Source: Bdellovibrio sp. (GTDB taxonomy: Bacteria; Bdellovibrionota; Bdellovibrionia; Bdellovibrionales; Bdellovibrionaceae). Taken from it: 46,229 bases of DNA. This document shows, piece by piece, positions 9,629 to 18,138 of this stretch. Below the pieces are notes generated by a model. The model did no database searches. It was not told the origin of the DNA and worked only from the letters and a program-made list of their open reading frames with translations. The position numbers were made by a program, and so were the translations under genes. Every line of letters starts with the position of its first letter. Position 1 is the first letter of the stretch. The stretch is from NCBI GenBank assembly GCA_043756765.1, contig JAYUQO010000033.1, positions 1-46,229 of the forward strand. The letters are read 5' to 3'.

Positions 9629-10045
9629 TTATTTAAAAAGTTCTCTGTAAATCCAATATGGTCCGATGAGTAAATGATAGAAATTTGTTAAAAAAGCAGG
9701 TGATTTTTTTTCATATTTATAATGGCCAATGGCCTGAAAAACCCAGCCCACAATAAAAATCAAAGCGTGTGTAGTGGTAGACAAATACAGCGAAGCAACA
9801 TATACCCCAAAAGACATAATGCAAAAAGGAATAGCGTATTTAAGTAAATCTAACTTGATATAATAGATACTAGTCAGTATCCAAAATAATAAGCCTAAGT
9901 TTAAAACTTCATTAATGCCAACTTTAGAAAATAAACCAAATGTTCCAAAAACAATTAACGGAATACCAATATAATGAGTTAGCTTATTCCCTTTTGTTTG
10001 ATGATACCCTGAATAACTTTCGAAGTGCTGTTCGATTGTCTTCAT
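9629..10045 (-). CDS. DUF962/Mpo1-like membrane protein (2-hydroxy fatty acid dioxygenase family)
   Basis: YxxYHQxxGNxxxHYIGIP and GWVFQAIGHxxYEKKSPAF motifs. Confidence 0.85.
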   Translation of the reverse strand: MKTIEQHFESYSGYHQTKGNKLTHYIGIPLIVFGTFGLFSKVGINEVLNLGLLFWILTSIYYIKLDLLKYAIPFCIMSFGVYVASLYLSTTTHALIFIVGWVFQAIGHYKYEKKSPAFLTNFYHLLIGPYWIYRELFK

Positions 10046-10693
10046 TTATTTGCCTTTTTTGTTATCGTTATACTGTGCCGTGTATTCTTTAAGATCACTA
10101 TTAAATTCATCACGTTTTTCTTTAATGTATTCTTCAAAATCTTTTCTTTTTTCTCTGTAATCAGATTCAAAGTTATCGCGCCCAGTTTTAATTTCGATAA
10201 AGAAGTTTTTTCTTTTTGAATCTATTTCATTATATAGTTCTGTTTTTCTTTCACGTGTTGTTTTCATGTTTTTGATGGATTCACGTTCTTGGCTTAGTTC
10301 ATCAGTGAAAGTTTTTTTGCGCTGACCTTCGAAGGTAGAAAATTCTTCGCGAATTTTATTCATATCGTTATTAAATTTTTCTCGTTTGCGATTAATAAGA
10401 TCATTGTATTTACTACGAATTTCTGAAGGCTCTTTTCTAAAACCTAACATCCACTCTGTGTAAACGGCTTTCTCGTCGTTTTTAAGTTGCTGTGACTGAG
10501 GTATATCACGTCTCAACTGTTCGAACTGCGAACGATCTTCACTGAGGCTGTATTTTTGACGAACGTTGGTGTCGGCAAGTTTTTGGCTAGTTTCAGTTAA
10601 TGCCGCAGTCTGAACATTGTCTTCTGATCTTGTGAAGGTTTCACAAGATGATAAAACCAATGTGAAAATTAAAATTATATTTTTTGGATGCAC
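10046..10693 (-). CDS. Coiled-coil lipoprotein, hypothetical
   Basis: Likely GTG start at 10693 just after the smpB stop; lipobox LSSC; highly charged helical repeats. Confidence 0.7.
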   Translation of the reverse strand: MHPKNIILIFTLVLSSCETFTRSEDNVQTAALTETSQKLADTNVRQKYSLSEDRSQFEQLRRDIPQSQQLKNDEKAVYTEWMLGFRKEPSEIRSKYNDLINRKREKFNNDMNKIREEFSTFEGQRKKTFTDELSQERESIKNMKTTRERKTELYNEIDSKRKNFFIEIKTGRDNFESDYREKRKDFEEYIKEKRDEFNSDLKEYTAQYNDNKKGK

Positions 10694-10700
10694 AAAACAC

Positions 10701-11153
10701 CTACCTGTTTTTAGATTTGGCTTGTCGAATTTCCATATCGACATCTCTTTTTTTAATACTATCACGTTTATCGTAAATTTTCTTACCTTTTGCTAAACCG
10801 ATTTCCAGCTTAACAAAACCATTTTTAAAATAAATTTTTAATGGCACACATGTTAAACCTTTTTCCTTAATCGATGATAAAATATCCACAAGTTCGTTTT
10901 GGTTCAACAAAAGTTTACGTAACCTTTCTGGGACATGGTTGTTATAACTGCTGGCTGTGTATTCAGAAATATGTGCATTCTGCAAATATGCTTCATTATT
11001 TTTAAAAGCGATGTATGAATCCTTAAACTGAATATTTTTTTTACGCAGCGATTTGACTTCGCTACCCGTTAAAACTAGACCCGCTTCGTAAGTATCAGTT
11101 ATGAAGTAATTAAATCGAGCCTGTTTATTTTCCTGAATAATTAAAATACTCAT
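10701..11153 (-). CDS. smpB: SsrA-binding protein
   Basis: NKQARFNY, EAGLVLTGSEVKSLR, RKLLL, GKKIYDKR. Confidence 0.97.
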   Translation of the reverse strand: MSILIIQENKQARFNYFITDTYEAGLVLTGSEVKSLRKKNIQFKDSYIAFKNNEAYLQNAHISEYTASSYNNHVPERLRKLLLNQNELVDILSSIKEKGLTCVPLKIYFKNGFVKLEIGLAKGKKIYDKRDSIKKRDVDMEIRQAKSKNR

Positions 11154-11962
11154 TTTTCACTTTCTAAATAAAAATAAAGATTTTTAATCTGCAGTGGTGA
11201 CAGTTCTTCGACTCTGACCTTGTCTGAAACTTTGTTGATTTCCACCCATTTTAAAAAAGCCTCAGTTTGGCTAGGCTGTAAATTGGATTTAAGTATTCGA
11301 CGACGTTGTTTAAAACAATTTTTTACAAACGCTAAATATTTGTCTTTAAATCGAATATCTGATTCTTTTTTATGAAATTTTAGAACCCGACTGGCAACTT
11401 TCGGAGCAGGTGAAAAATCCCGTGGGCCCGCATCACACACTGTTTTAATTGTCCAAAATTCTTGGGCAATCACTGAAAGCATACCGTAGTCTTCTGTTTT
11501 AGGTAGGGCTCTAATTCTTTGTGCGACTTCTTTTTGAAACATTAAAATCATTGAGCGGCATTGTGCATGGTCAAGACTGCGATCGATCACAATCGATGAC
11601 GAGATCTGATATGGTAAATTACTAACTAAAACATCATATTTAATTTTTTCCCAATCAATTTGAAGAGCATCACCTTCAACAACATTCATCTGTTGATTGG
11701 TCCAATATTCAACGAGTGCTTTGTCTAATTCAATTAATGTGTATTGTTTGTACTTTTCTTTTAATAAGTCTGTAAGAGCCCCAAGACCAGGGCCGATTTC
11801 TAAAAGTTCTGTTGGATTTTCTACATTCACAGCTTGAATAATTTTATCGATGACTCCGTCAGAAATTAAAAAGTTTTGTCCTAAAGATCTTTTTGTTCTG
11901 TGAAATAATTCACTTTGCCGTTCGATCAGTCTTTCTTTTGATGATTTATGGGTTGATGTCAT
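11150..11962 (-). CDS. rsmA: 16S rRNA m6(2)A1518/1519 dimethyltransferase
   Basis: KRSLGQNFL, EIGPGLGALT, SNLPYQISS, MFQKEVAQR, FSPAPKVAS. Confidence 0.96.
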   Translation of the reverse strand: MTSTHKSSKERLIERQSELFHRTKRSLGQNFLISDGVIDKIIQAVNVENPTELLEIGPGLGALTDLLKEKYKQYTLIELDKALVEYWTNQQMNVVEGDALQIDWEKIKYDVLVSNLPYQISSSIVIDRSLDHAQCRSMILMFQKEVAQRIRALPKTEDYGMLSVIAQEFWTIKTVCDAGPRDFSPAPKVASRVLKFHKKESDIRFKDKYLAFVKNCFKQRRRILKSNLQPSQTEAFLKWVEINKVSDKVRVEELSPLQIKNLYFYLESEK

Positions 11963-13014
11963 AAGTTTTCAACCAACTTTATTTTAAAATCATTTTCATA
12001 AGATGATGACGATGGCCCTAAATCTAATTTCGCATTTTCATTGTTCATTAATTTTTTAATTCCAACATAGCCTATCATGGCTGCATTGTCAGTACAGTAC
12101 CGAATCGGCGGAATAATCACAGAATAGCCTTTAGCTTTCAAGCTTTCAGCCATTTCGCGAAGTCGTGAATTTGCACTGACTCCGCCAGTGATCACTAACT
12201 GTTTTGTTTTGTAATTTTTTAAGGCCGTAGTAGCTTTGTGAATTAAAACATCCACGATAGCTTCTTGAAACGAAGCACATAAATCATTTTTATTTTTTTC
12301 TATATCTTCTGGCAACATTTGTGAAAGCAATCTGTGTGCTGATGATTTAAGTCCGCTAAAGCTCATCATTAAATTTTTTTCATTGATCAAACTTCGCGGA
12401 AAATCGTAAGCTTTTCTGTTTCCAGTTTTTGCTAACTGATCGACTTGAACCCCGCCCGGATAACCAAGTCCCATCATTTTTGCAAACTTATCAAAAGCTT
12501 CGCCAGCTGCATCGTCCTTTGTAGTCCCGACAATCGTGTATTTCCCGAAGTCTTCAACCCAATAAAGACTTGTATGACCGCCGCTGACAGCTAAGGCAAT
12601 ATAGGGATAATTAAAATTTTCGTTCGGTTGATAATCTGAATCCTTTAAAAACGGAGCTAGCAGATGACCTTCTAAATGATTTACGCCTACAAACGGTTTT
12701 TTATAAGCTTGAGCTAAAGCTTTCACAGTCATCAATCCCACAATCAGTGATCCGATAAGTCCGGGTCTATTTGTGACTGAAAAGCCAACTAGATCAGTGA
12801 TTTTTAAATTGGCTTTTTTCAACGTGTCTTCGATCAATGGCAAAATAGCTACAGAATGATTACGACTCGCGATTTCAGGAACCACGCCGCCATACGGTGC
12901 ATGCTGCAAATCCTGACTGGCCGATGATTGAGCTAAAACAAAACCATCACTTTGCACAATGGCAACAGATGTATCGTCACAGCTTGTTTCGACCGAAAGG
13001 ATTTTTTTTAGCAA
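11959..13014 (-). CDS. tsaD: tRNA N6-adenosine threonylcarbamoyltransferase
   Basis: ETSCDDT, GGVVPEIASRNH, NHLEGH, VSGGHT, DDAAGEAFDK, TDNAAMI. Confidence 0.97.
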   Translation of the reverse strand: MLKKILSVETSCDDTSVAIVQSDGFVLAQSSASQDLQHAPYGGVVPEIASRNHSVAILPLIEDTLKKANLKITDLVGFSVTNRPGLIGSLIVGLMTVKALAQAYKKPFVGVNHLEGHLLAPFLKDSDYQPNENFNYPYIALAVSGGHTSLYWVEDFGKYTIVGTTKDDAAGEAFDKFAKMMGLGYPGGVQVDQLAKTGNRKAYDFPRSLINEKNLMMSFSGLKSSAHRLLSQMLPEDIEKNKNDLCASFQEAIVDVLIHKATTALKNYKTKQLVITGGVSANSRLREMAESLKAKGYSVIIPPIRYCTDNAAMIGYVGIKKLMNNENAKLDLGPSSSSYENDFKIKLVENL

Positions 13015-13032
13015 TAGGTCTTCCCAACTTAA

Positions 13033-13677
13033 TTATTTTTTTAAAACTTTTTGTTTTGCTTTTTTGCCGTACGTTGATCCGCTGTAAAGAGATGCGACTT
13101 CTTCGTAGAACGAAAAGGCTTCATCTTTCATGCCCATCGCTTCAAAGCATGCGCCTATTTTGTATTTAGCTTCAGGAACATTTTTATTTTTAGGATTAGC
13201 ACTGACAAATTTTTCATATTCTAAAATCGCTTTTTTAAAATCTTTACTTGCATAAAGTTCTTGGGCCACATCAAAAGTTGTTTTTTTATCGCTGTTCTCT
13301 TTAACCGGAGCAGGCATGATTACTCTTGAATCGGACGGTTTTAAAGCTGCTTCATTTTCTAGTTTCTGAAGTTGTGCTTCCATTTTAACTAAAGAATCTT
13401 GCAATAATTGAATTTTTTCTGCATCAACGCTTTGGTTCTTAGACAGCTGAACGTCAGTAAGTTGTTTTTCAAGCGATTCAACACGGCCATTTAATTGACG
13501 AATCAATTCATCACGTTCATCAATTTTTGGCTCTGGTCCGCTGTTTGGTAAATTCTGATTATCAGCTTGTTTTTGAGTGTAGACTTGAGATTGATACTGA
13601 GATCCTAATTCGCTTCTTGTTTTTAAACAGCTTGTTAGACCGAAAACCAAAGAGATCATAAAAATTATTTTGATCAT
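13033..13677 (-). CDS. cpoB: Tol-Pal system TPR protein CpoB/YbgF-like lipoprotein
   Basis: Lipobox LTSC, coiled coil, C-terminal TPR; downstream of pal. Confidence 0.75.
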   Translation of the reverse strand: MIKIIFMISLVFGLTSCLKTRSELGSQYQSQVYTQKQADNQNLPNSGPEPKIDERDELIRQLNGRVESLEKQLTDVQLSKNQSVDAEKIQLLQDSLVKMEAQLQKLENEAALKPSDSRVIMPAPVKENSDKKTTFDVAQELYASKDFKKAILEYEKFVSANPKNKNVPEAKYKIGACFEAMGMKDEAFSFYEEVASLYSGSTYGKKAKQKVLKK

Positions 13678-13985
13678 AGGACGTCTCCATTTTTTTGTCG
13701 AATCAACCGTGCTGAGTTTTCTGCTTTCTCTGCCGAGATCCGTGCATTTTCAAATAACTGCCTTGCCTGTACATATTCTCTTTCAGAATAAAGGATTTTA
13801 GCACGTCGGTAGCTTTCTTCAGCTTGATGCCAAAATCCCGGAGAATATCTAGCTGCCTGTACAGCTTTCGCCGCATCAATAGCTATTTTCGCTAAGACAT
13901 ATTCAGATTTAGGTTGTGGAGTTGTGACACAACCACAAAACAAAAAAATGAATAGACACAAGCTACTTAAAAAAAACTTCATCAT
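13674..13985 (-). CDS. DUF4398-like small helical lipoprotein
   Basis: Lipobox FCGC; Ala-rich helices (AIDAAKAVQAARYSP ... A..SAEKAE). Confidence 0.7.
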   Translation of the reverse strand: MMKFFLSSLCLFIFLFCGCVTTPQPKSEYVLAKIAIDAAKAVQAARYSPGFWHQAEESYRRAKILYSEREYVQARQLFENARISAEKAENSARLIRQKNGDVL

Positions 13986-14525
13986 CTACTGAACTGGAAC
14001 AAAGTTAGCACGTCGATTGCGTGACATCGCTTCATCTGTGTCAGTATCAACTAAAGGTTTTTCTTTACCAAAGCTAACTGTCGCCAACCGAGCTGTTGGA
14101 ACACCTGCTGATGATAACATTTGTTTAACAGTATTGGCGCGTCTTTCACCTAAAGCTAAATTGTATTCACTTGATCCACGCTGATCACAGTGGCCTTCGA
14201 TTGTTAATTTTGCGCTTGAGTTTTTCTTCATCCAAGCCGCATTAGCTGTAATTTTTTCTTTTTCTGAAGCTGATAAAGTCGCGCTATCATATTCAAAGAA
14301 AACACTGGATAGACCAGCAACACTACCCGAATCACTGCCCGTTGCACCCATATTTAGTGGTGAACCGTCTAACTTTTCAGAACTGCCGCTAATAGTTGTT
14401 TCATTTTTAATTTGTGAATCATCAGTGCCTTTTTTTCTAAAAAGTGAGCAGCTTGATACTAAAGTTAGAATTAAAGCCATTTTTAAAATATTTCTTAGAC
14501 TGTCTTTTCCCTGTTTGTTTTTCAT
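13986..14525 (-). CDS. pal: Peptidoglycan-associated lipoprotein (OmpA-like domain)
   Basis: VFFEYDS, IEGHCDQRGSSEYNLALGERRA, SFGKEKP, NRRA; lipobox VSSC; GAGGAG RBS before ATG 14525. Confidence 0.92.
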   Translation of the reverse strand: MKNKQGKDSLRNILKMALILTLVSSCSLFRKKGTDDSQIKNETTISGSSEKLDGSPLNMGATGSDSGSVAGLSSVFFEYDSATLSASEKEKITANAAWMKKNSSAKLTIEGHCDQRGSSEYNLALGERRANTVKQMLSSAGVPTARLATVSFGKEKPLVDTDTDEAMSRNRRANFVPVQ

Positions 14526-14585
14526 TGTATTCTCCTCGTTGTTAATCATTCTTATAACACCATTAATTTAGACCATTGTAAAACC

Positions 14586-14614
14586 TTGTCAAACTCCGAT
14601 TGGACATGAACAAT
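14586..14614 (+). promoter_or_regulatory. sigma70-like promoter, probably leaderless
   Basis: TTGTCA-N17-AACAAT-N5-ATG(14620); no SD. Confidence 0.4.
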
Positions 14615-14619
14615 TAATC

Positions 14620-17484
14620 ATGTTTAAAAATCTTATTATTATTTGTGTCTTTCTCACTGTAAGTCTGCACTCTGCTCATGCTCAAAGAATTGGGGCCCCC
14701 CATGAAAGTTGGAAAACTTTAGAAACGCCTCATTTTTCAATATTTTATTCTGCTCAGCATCAAGACCTTGGTCTGTATTATGCGGGGGTTGCTGAAAACT
14801 CATACGGTATTTTAGAGCCCCTTTTTACTGACCGCCCTACAGACAAGATCGTTGTAATCATTAATGATTCCACAGATGTTTCAAATGGTTTCGCCACAAT
14901 GATTCCCTATGCCCACATTATGGTTTATCCCGTTCAAATCGGTAAAGGTGAAACCCTTTCTGAAGCCGGTGAATGGGCCCATGAGCTTTTTATCCACGAA
15001 TTGACCCACATTTTTCAAATGTATCCAGCTAATAATTTCTACAAATTTTTAAAACCTATTTTTGGAAATATTGTCGCACCAAACATGCTGATGCCGTCGT
15101 GGTGGAAGGAAGGTATGGCCGTTGAGGTGGAAACTCACTTTTCTCATCAAGGTCGTAACCGATCTTATTCTCAAGATGCCACGCTGAGAGCCTTAGTTTT
15201 AGATAAAAAATTATTCAATTATTCATTAGCAGAAATCAATGAGGCCTTACCTTCTTGGCCTTATGGTGGAAGACCATATTTATTCGGGTCTATTTTTATG
15301 GGTCATATAGCTGAAATTAAAACGATCGATGTTTTCAATGACTTGGTTATTCGTCAATCAGAAAAGCCGCCTTATGCTGTTGAAGATGCTCACTTGCAAT
15401 CATTTGGAATAGGCTACCAACTCAACTATCTAAACACTTTACAAAAACATCAAAACATTGCTCAGAAACAAATTGAGACGATTCAAACCAGTTCTGCCAC
15501 ACAAATTACTTTAATAGATCAAAAATTAGCTTCCAGTGAAAATCCACGCTGGAGCCACTTGCAAAATGTTTTAGGGTTGATTTCATTTGATAAATCAGGT
15601 CGCAAATTAAATTTCTATAAAAAAACAGAACCACTAAAATGGGAAAAAGTCACATTTCCGAAGCAACCATCCGGAGAAATTTCAAGTTTTGAATTTCACC
15701 CTACTGAAAATAAAATACTCTATGCTAAAGTTAAACCTATCAATTTCAGAGAAAGTTTTTCTGATCTATACTATTATGATTTCAATGCTGAAAAAAATGA
15801 ACAACTTACTTTCAGTGCCCGTGCCCGGGCACCTGTTTTTGGCTTGAATCCAAATTTCATTTTTTATATTTCAACTTTTTATGGAAAAACACAAATCAAC
15901 CGTTTAGATGTCAACACTAAAGAAATTACAAAGTTAATAGAAATCCCATTTAATCAACGTGTTGTTGAAATTCAAAATAAATCAACTGATGAACTTTTAG
16001 TTGTTATTAAAACTGAAAAAGGCGAATCCCAAGTTTTTTCATTTTCAATAGAAAAACGCAGTTTGATCCCGTTTAAATTAGCTTTTCAAAACGTTGAAAA
16101 TATGAAAAATGTTAATCAAACTTTTTATTTCACGGCGACTGACAACGGTGTGAATAATATCTATCAGATGACCGGCAGTAAAATCAAACCCGTGACCAAT
16201 TTAATTACGGGTGGCTACGATTTTGATATTGCTACTGTTTCGAGTACAATTTACGCCACTGTCATGACATCAAACGGCTTACAGGTTCATGAGCTGCAGG
16301 TAACGAATGTTAAAAAACTACCTGAAGTTAAAAATCCGATTCGCGAAAAATATAAAAATATTAAATATGATGAACCTATAACTTTTACTTGCCAAAATAT
16401 CTGTGAAGATAATGACTCATCGGTCTTAAAATACATTTATCCGCAGTACTTTATTCCTTTTATTTCCACATCAAGCCGTAATCAAAGTTTGTATATTCAG
16501 ATCATCACATCTGGGCAAGATCCACTGATGAAGCACCGCTATGACTTAAGCGTGGATTATGACACCGGCATAAAGAAAACGGGATATAACTTAAATTATT
16601 TGAATTCGACACAAAGTTGGCCGATCAATATGACATCGGCTAAAACGTTTAAACTTTTCGGACAAAATAGCCAGTTGATTTATGAAAATGATCAACACAG
16701 TTTAGGTTTTATACTTGACACAGTATCCTTAAGCCCGAATTTAATCTTAAATTTTGGAATCATCTATTCAGCTTTAAAAGACACTGTTTTAACGACAGAA
16801 CATACAGGTCTTTATGGACAGGCACTGTATTCATCTTTTGAAAAAAATATTTTACAACTGTATCCAATGTCGGGATTTTCGTTTTTTTTAAGGCATGAAT
16901 CAAATAAAGCCAACAAAAAGCAAATTGCTGATCTTTTCAATGATTACGAGCAGACGTTAGGATCTTTAAATTTTTATTTTTCTAAATGGATGCCTGAAGA
17001 CCATTCCTTCGCTAATAAAATTAACTTTATTCATACGTATCAAAACGTTTCTAATCGTTACGGTGCTAGTAACGCTGCTTTTAGTAGTTCAAGTGATACG
17101 TACGTTCCTGAATTTACTTTACGCGGTTATGCCCAAGGACAATTTTTTGGAACACGCATGATTACATTAAACACAGAGTATCGTTTTCCCCTCATGGTTT
17201 TAAATTCAGGTTCTGGCACCGATCCCTATTTTTTAAAGCGACTTAATGGTGCTGTTATTTATGACGGGTTAATTCATCGAGGGTTATCTATCGACAAAGA
17301 TTCAGTACTCACCAGTCATGATATGAATGAGTTTTTTTCAACTGCTGGCTTAGAAGTCAGGTTAGAAACAACTTTGGGTTATTTTTTACCAGTTAACTTT
17401 ATTTTAGGCGCTTACAATCCGTTCGCTTTAAAATACGCGGATTCGCCCCAAATAGCCCTCAGTCTACAAATTGGTGGTCTTTAG
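14620..17484 (+). CDS. Exported multidomain protein: gluzincin-type peptidase + TolB/WD40 beta-propeller + Omp85/BamA-like barrel
   Basis: Signal peptide (AHA); HELTH plus PSWWKEGMA; PD40-like repeats (ENPRWS, ARAPVFG); C-terminal LRGY and EYRFPL. Confidence 0.7.
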   Translation: MFKNLIIICVFLTVSLHSAHAQRIGAPHESWKTLETPHFSIFYSAQHQDLGLYYAGVAENSYGILEPLFTDRPTDKIVVIINDSTDVSNGFATMIPYAHIMVYPVQIGKGETLSEAGEWAHELFIHELTHIFQMYPANNFYKFLKPIFGNIVAPNMLMPSWWKEGMAVEVETHFSHQGRNRSYSQDATLRALVLDKKLFNYSLAEINEALPSWPYGGRPYLFGSIFMGHIAEIKTIDVFNDLVIRQSEKPPYAVEDAHLQSFGIGYQLNYLNTLQKHQNIAQKQIETIQTSSATQITLIDQKLASSENPRWSHLQNVLGLISFDKSGRKLNFYKKTEPLKWEKVTFPKQPSGEISSFEFHPTENKILYAKVKPINFRESFSDLYYYDFNAEKNEQLTFSARARAPVFGLNPNFIFYISTFYGKTQINRLDVNTKEITKLIEIPFNQRVVEIQNKSTDELLVVIKTEKGESQVFSFSIEKRSLIPFKLAFQNVENMKNVNQTFYFTATDNGVNNIYQMTGSKIKPVTNLITGGYDFDIATVSSTIYATVMTSNGLQVHELQVTNVKKLPEVKNPIREKYKNIKYDEPITFTCQNICEDNDSSVLKYIYPQYFIPFISTSSRNQSLYIQIITSGQDPLMKHRYDLSVDYDTGIKKTGYNLNYLNSTQSWPINMTSAKTFKLFGQNSQLIYENDQHSLGFILDTVSLSPNLILNFGIIYSALKDTVLTTEHTGLYGQALYSSFEKNILQLYPMSGFSFFLRHESNKANKKQIADLFNDYEQTLGSLNFYFSKWMPEDHSFANKINFIHTYQNVSNRYGASNAAFSSSSDTYVPEFTLRGYAQGQFFGTRMITLNTEYRFPLMVLNSGSGTDPYFLKRLNGAVIYDGLIHRGLSIDKDSVLTSHDMNEFFSTAGLEVRLETTLGYFLPVNFILGAYNPFALKYADSPQIALSLQIGGL

Positions 17485-17489
17485 CCTCC

Positions 17490-17522
17490 ATTAACCACTG
17501 ATTAACCACTGATTAACCATTG
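17490..17522 (+). repeat. Three tandem 11-bp direct repeats (ATTAACCACTG) abutting a TTGACA -35
   Basis: ATTAACCACTG ATTAACCACTG ATTAACCATTG, with TTGACA at 17520-17525. Confidence 0.85.
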
Positions 17523-17567
17523 ACAAGACACAGTGTGTCCTTGAAAACTAAAGGTGGAGTGTGAATT

Positions 17568-18083
17568 ATGGAAACAAATAAAGTCAATCCAATATGGGTC
17601 CGAGAACTTGTTTCAGCTGATGAGCAACTTGAAAAGTCAGTGATGATCGATATGAATTTGGGGTTAGATACTCAAAGAATTTTAGTGAACGAATCGATTC
17701 AATTTTTATTACAACTTAAAGCTGATTTTGCTGAAGCCTGTGCACAGTTCAACGAATTAAAGCCTTCTGTTTTGGGTCGAATTAAAATTTATGGGATCGC
17801 AAAAACTCATGCTGATTTCATGCTATTCCGTAATGGTTATAAAATGATTTTCTCAATTAAGTCAGCTGGTGTTGTCAGTATTCGATTCCACTATGTGGGA
17901 AGCATGTCTATTCCACAACCGCAAGTTAAAGAACAAGTCACTATCGTTATGGATGAAGAACTTATTGAGTCTAAATGGGGTGCTTTTGAAGAAGTTATTT
18001 GGTCATACAAAGGCCAAAATTTTCAACCGCAATTTCTTGTGCGTCATTATTTAACTTTATTTATCAAAGACAGCGCTCGCTAA
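17568..18083 (+). CDS. Hypothetical protein
   Basis: GGTGGAG RBS, 171-aa ORF followed by a terminator. Confidence 0.75.
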   Translation: METNKVNPIWVRELVSADEQLEKSVMIDMNLGLDTQRILVNESIQFLLQLKADFAEACAQFNELKPSVLGRIKIYGIAKTHADFMLFRNGYKMIFSIKSAGVVSIRFHYVGSMSIPQPQVKEQVTIVMDEELIESKWGAFEEVIWSYKGQNFQPQFLVRHYLTLFIKDSAR

Positions 18084-18130
18084 GATCTAGCGAGCTTCTT
18101 TTATTTGGGATCTTTCGATCCCAAATTTTT
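18075..18130. terminator. Two hairpins between convergent genes (intrinsic terminators)
   Basis: GCTCGCTA-AGATC-TAGCGAGC-TTCTTTT and TTTGGGATC-TTTC-GATCCCAAA-TTTTT. Confidence 0.7.
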
Positions 18131-18138
18131 GATCCTGA

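Noticed and set aside
10046-11153. tmRNA (ssrA) beside smpB
   Set aside because: Flanks are fully occupied by coding genes.
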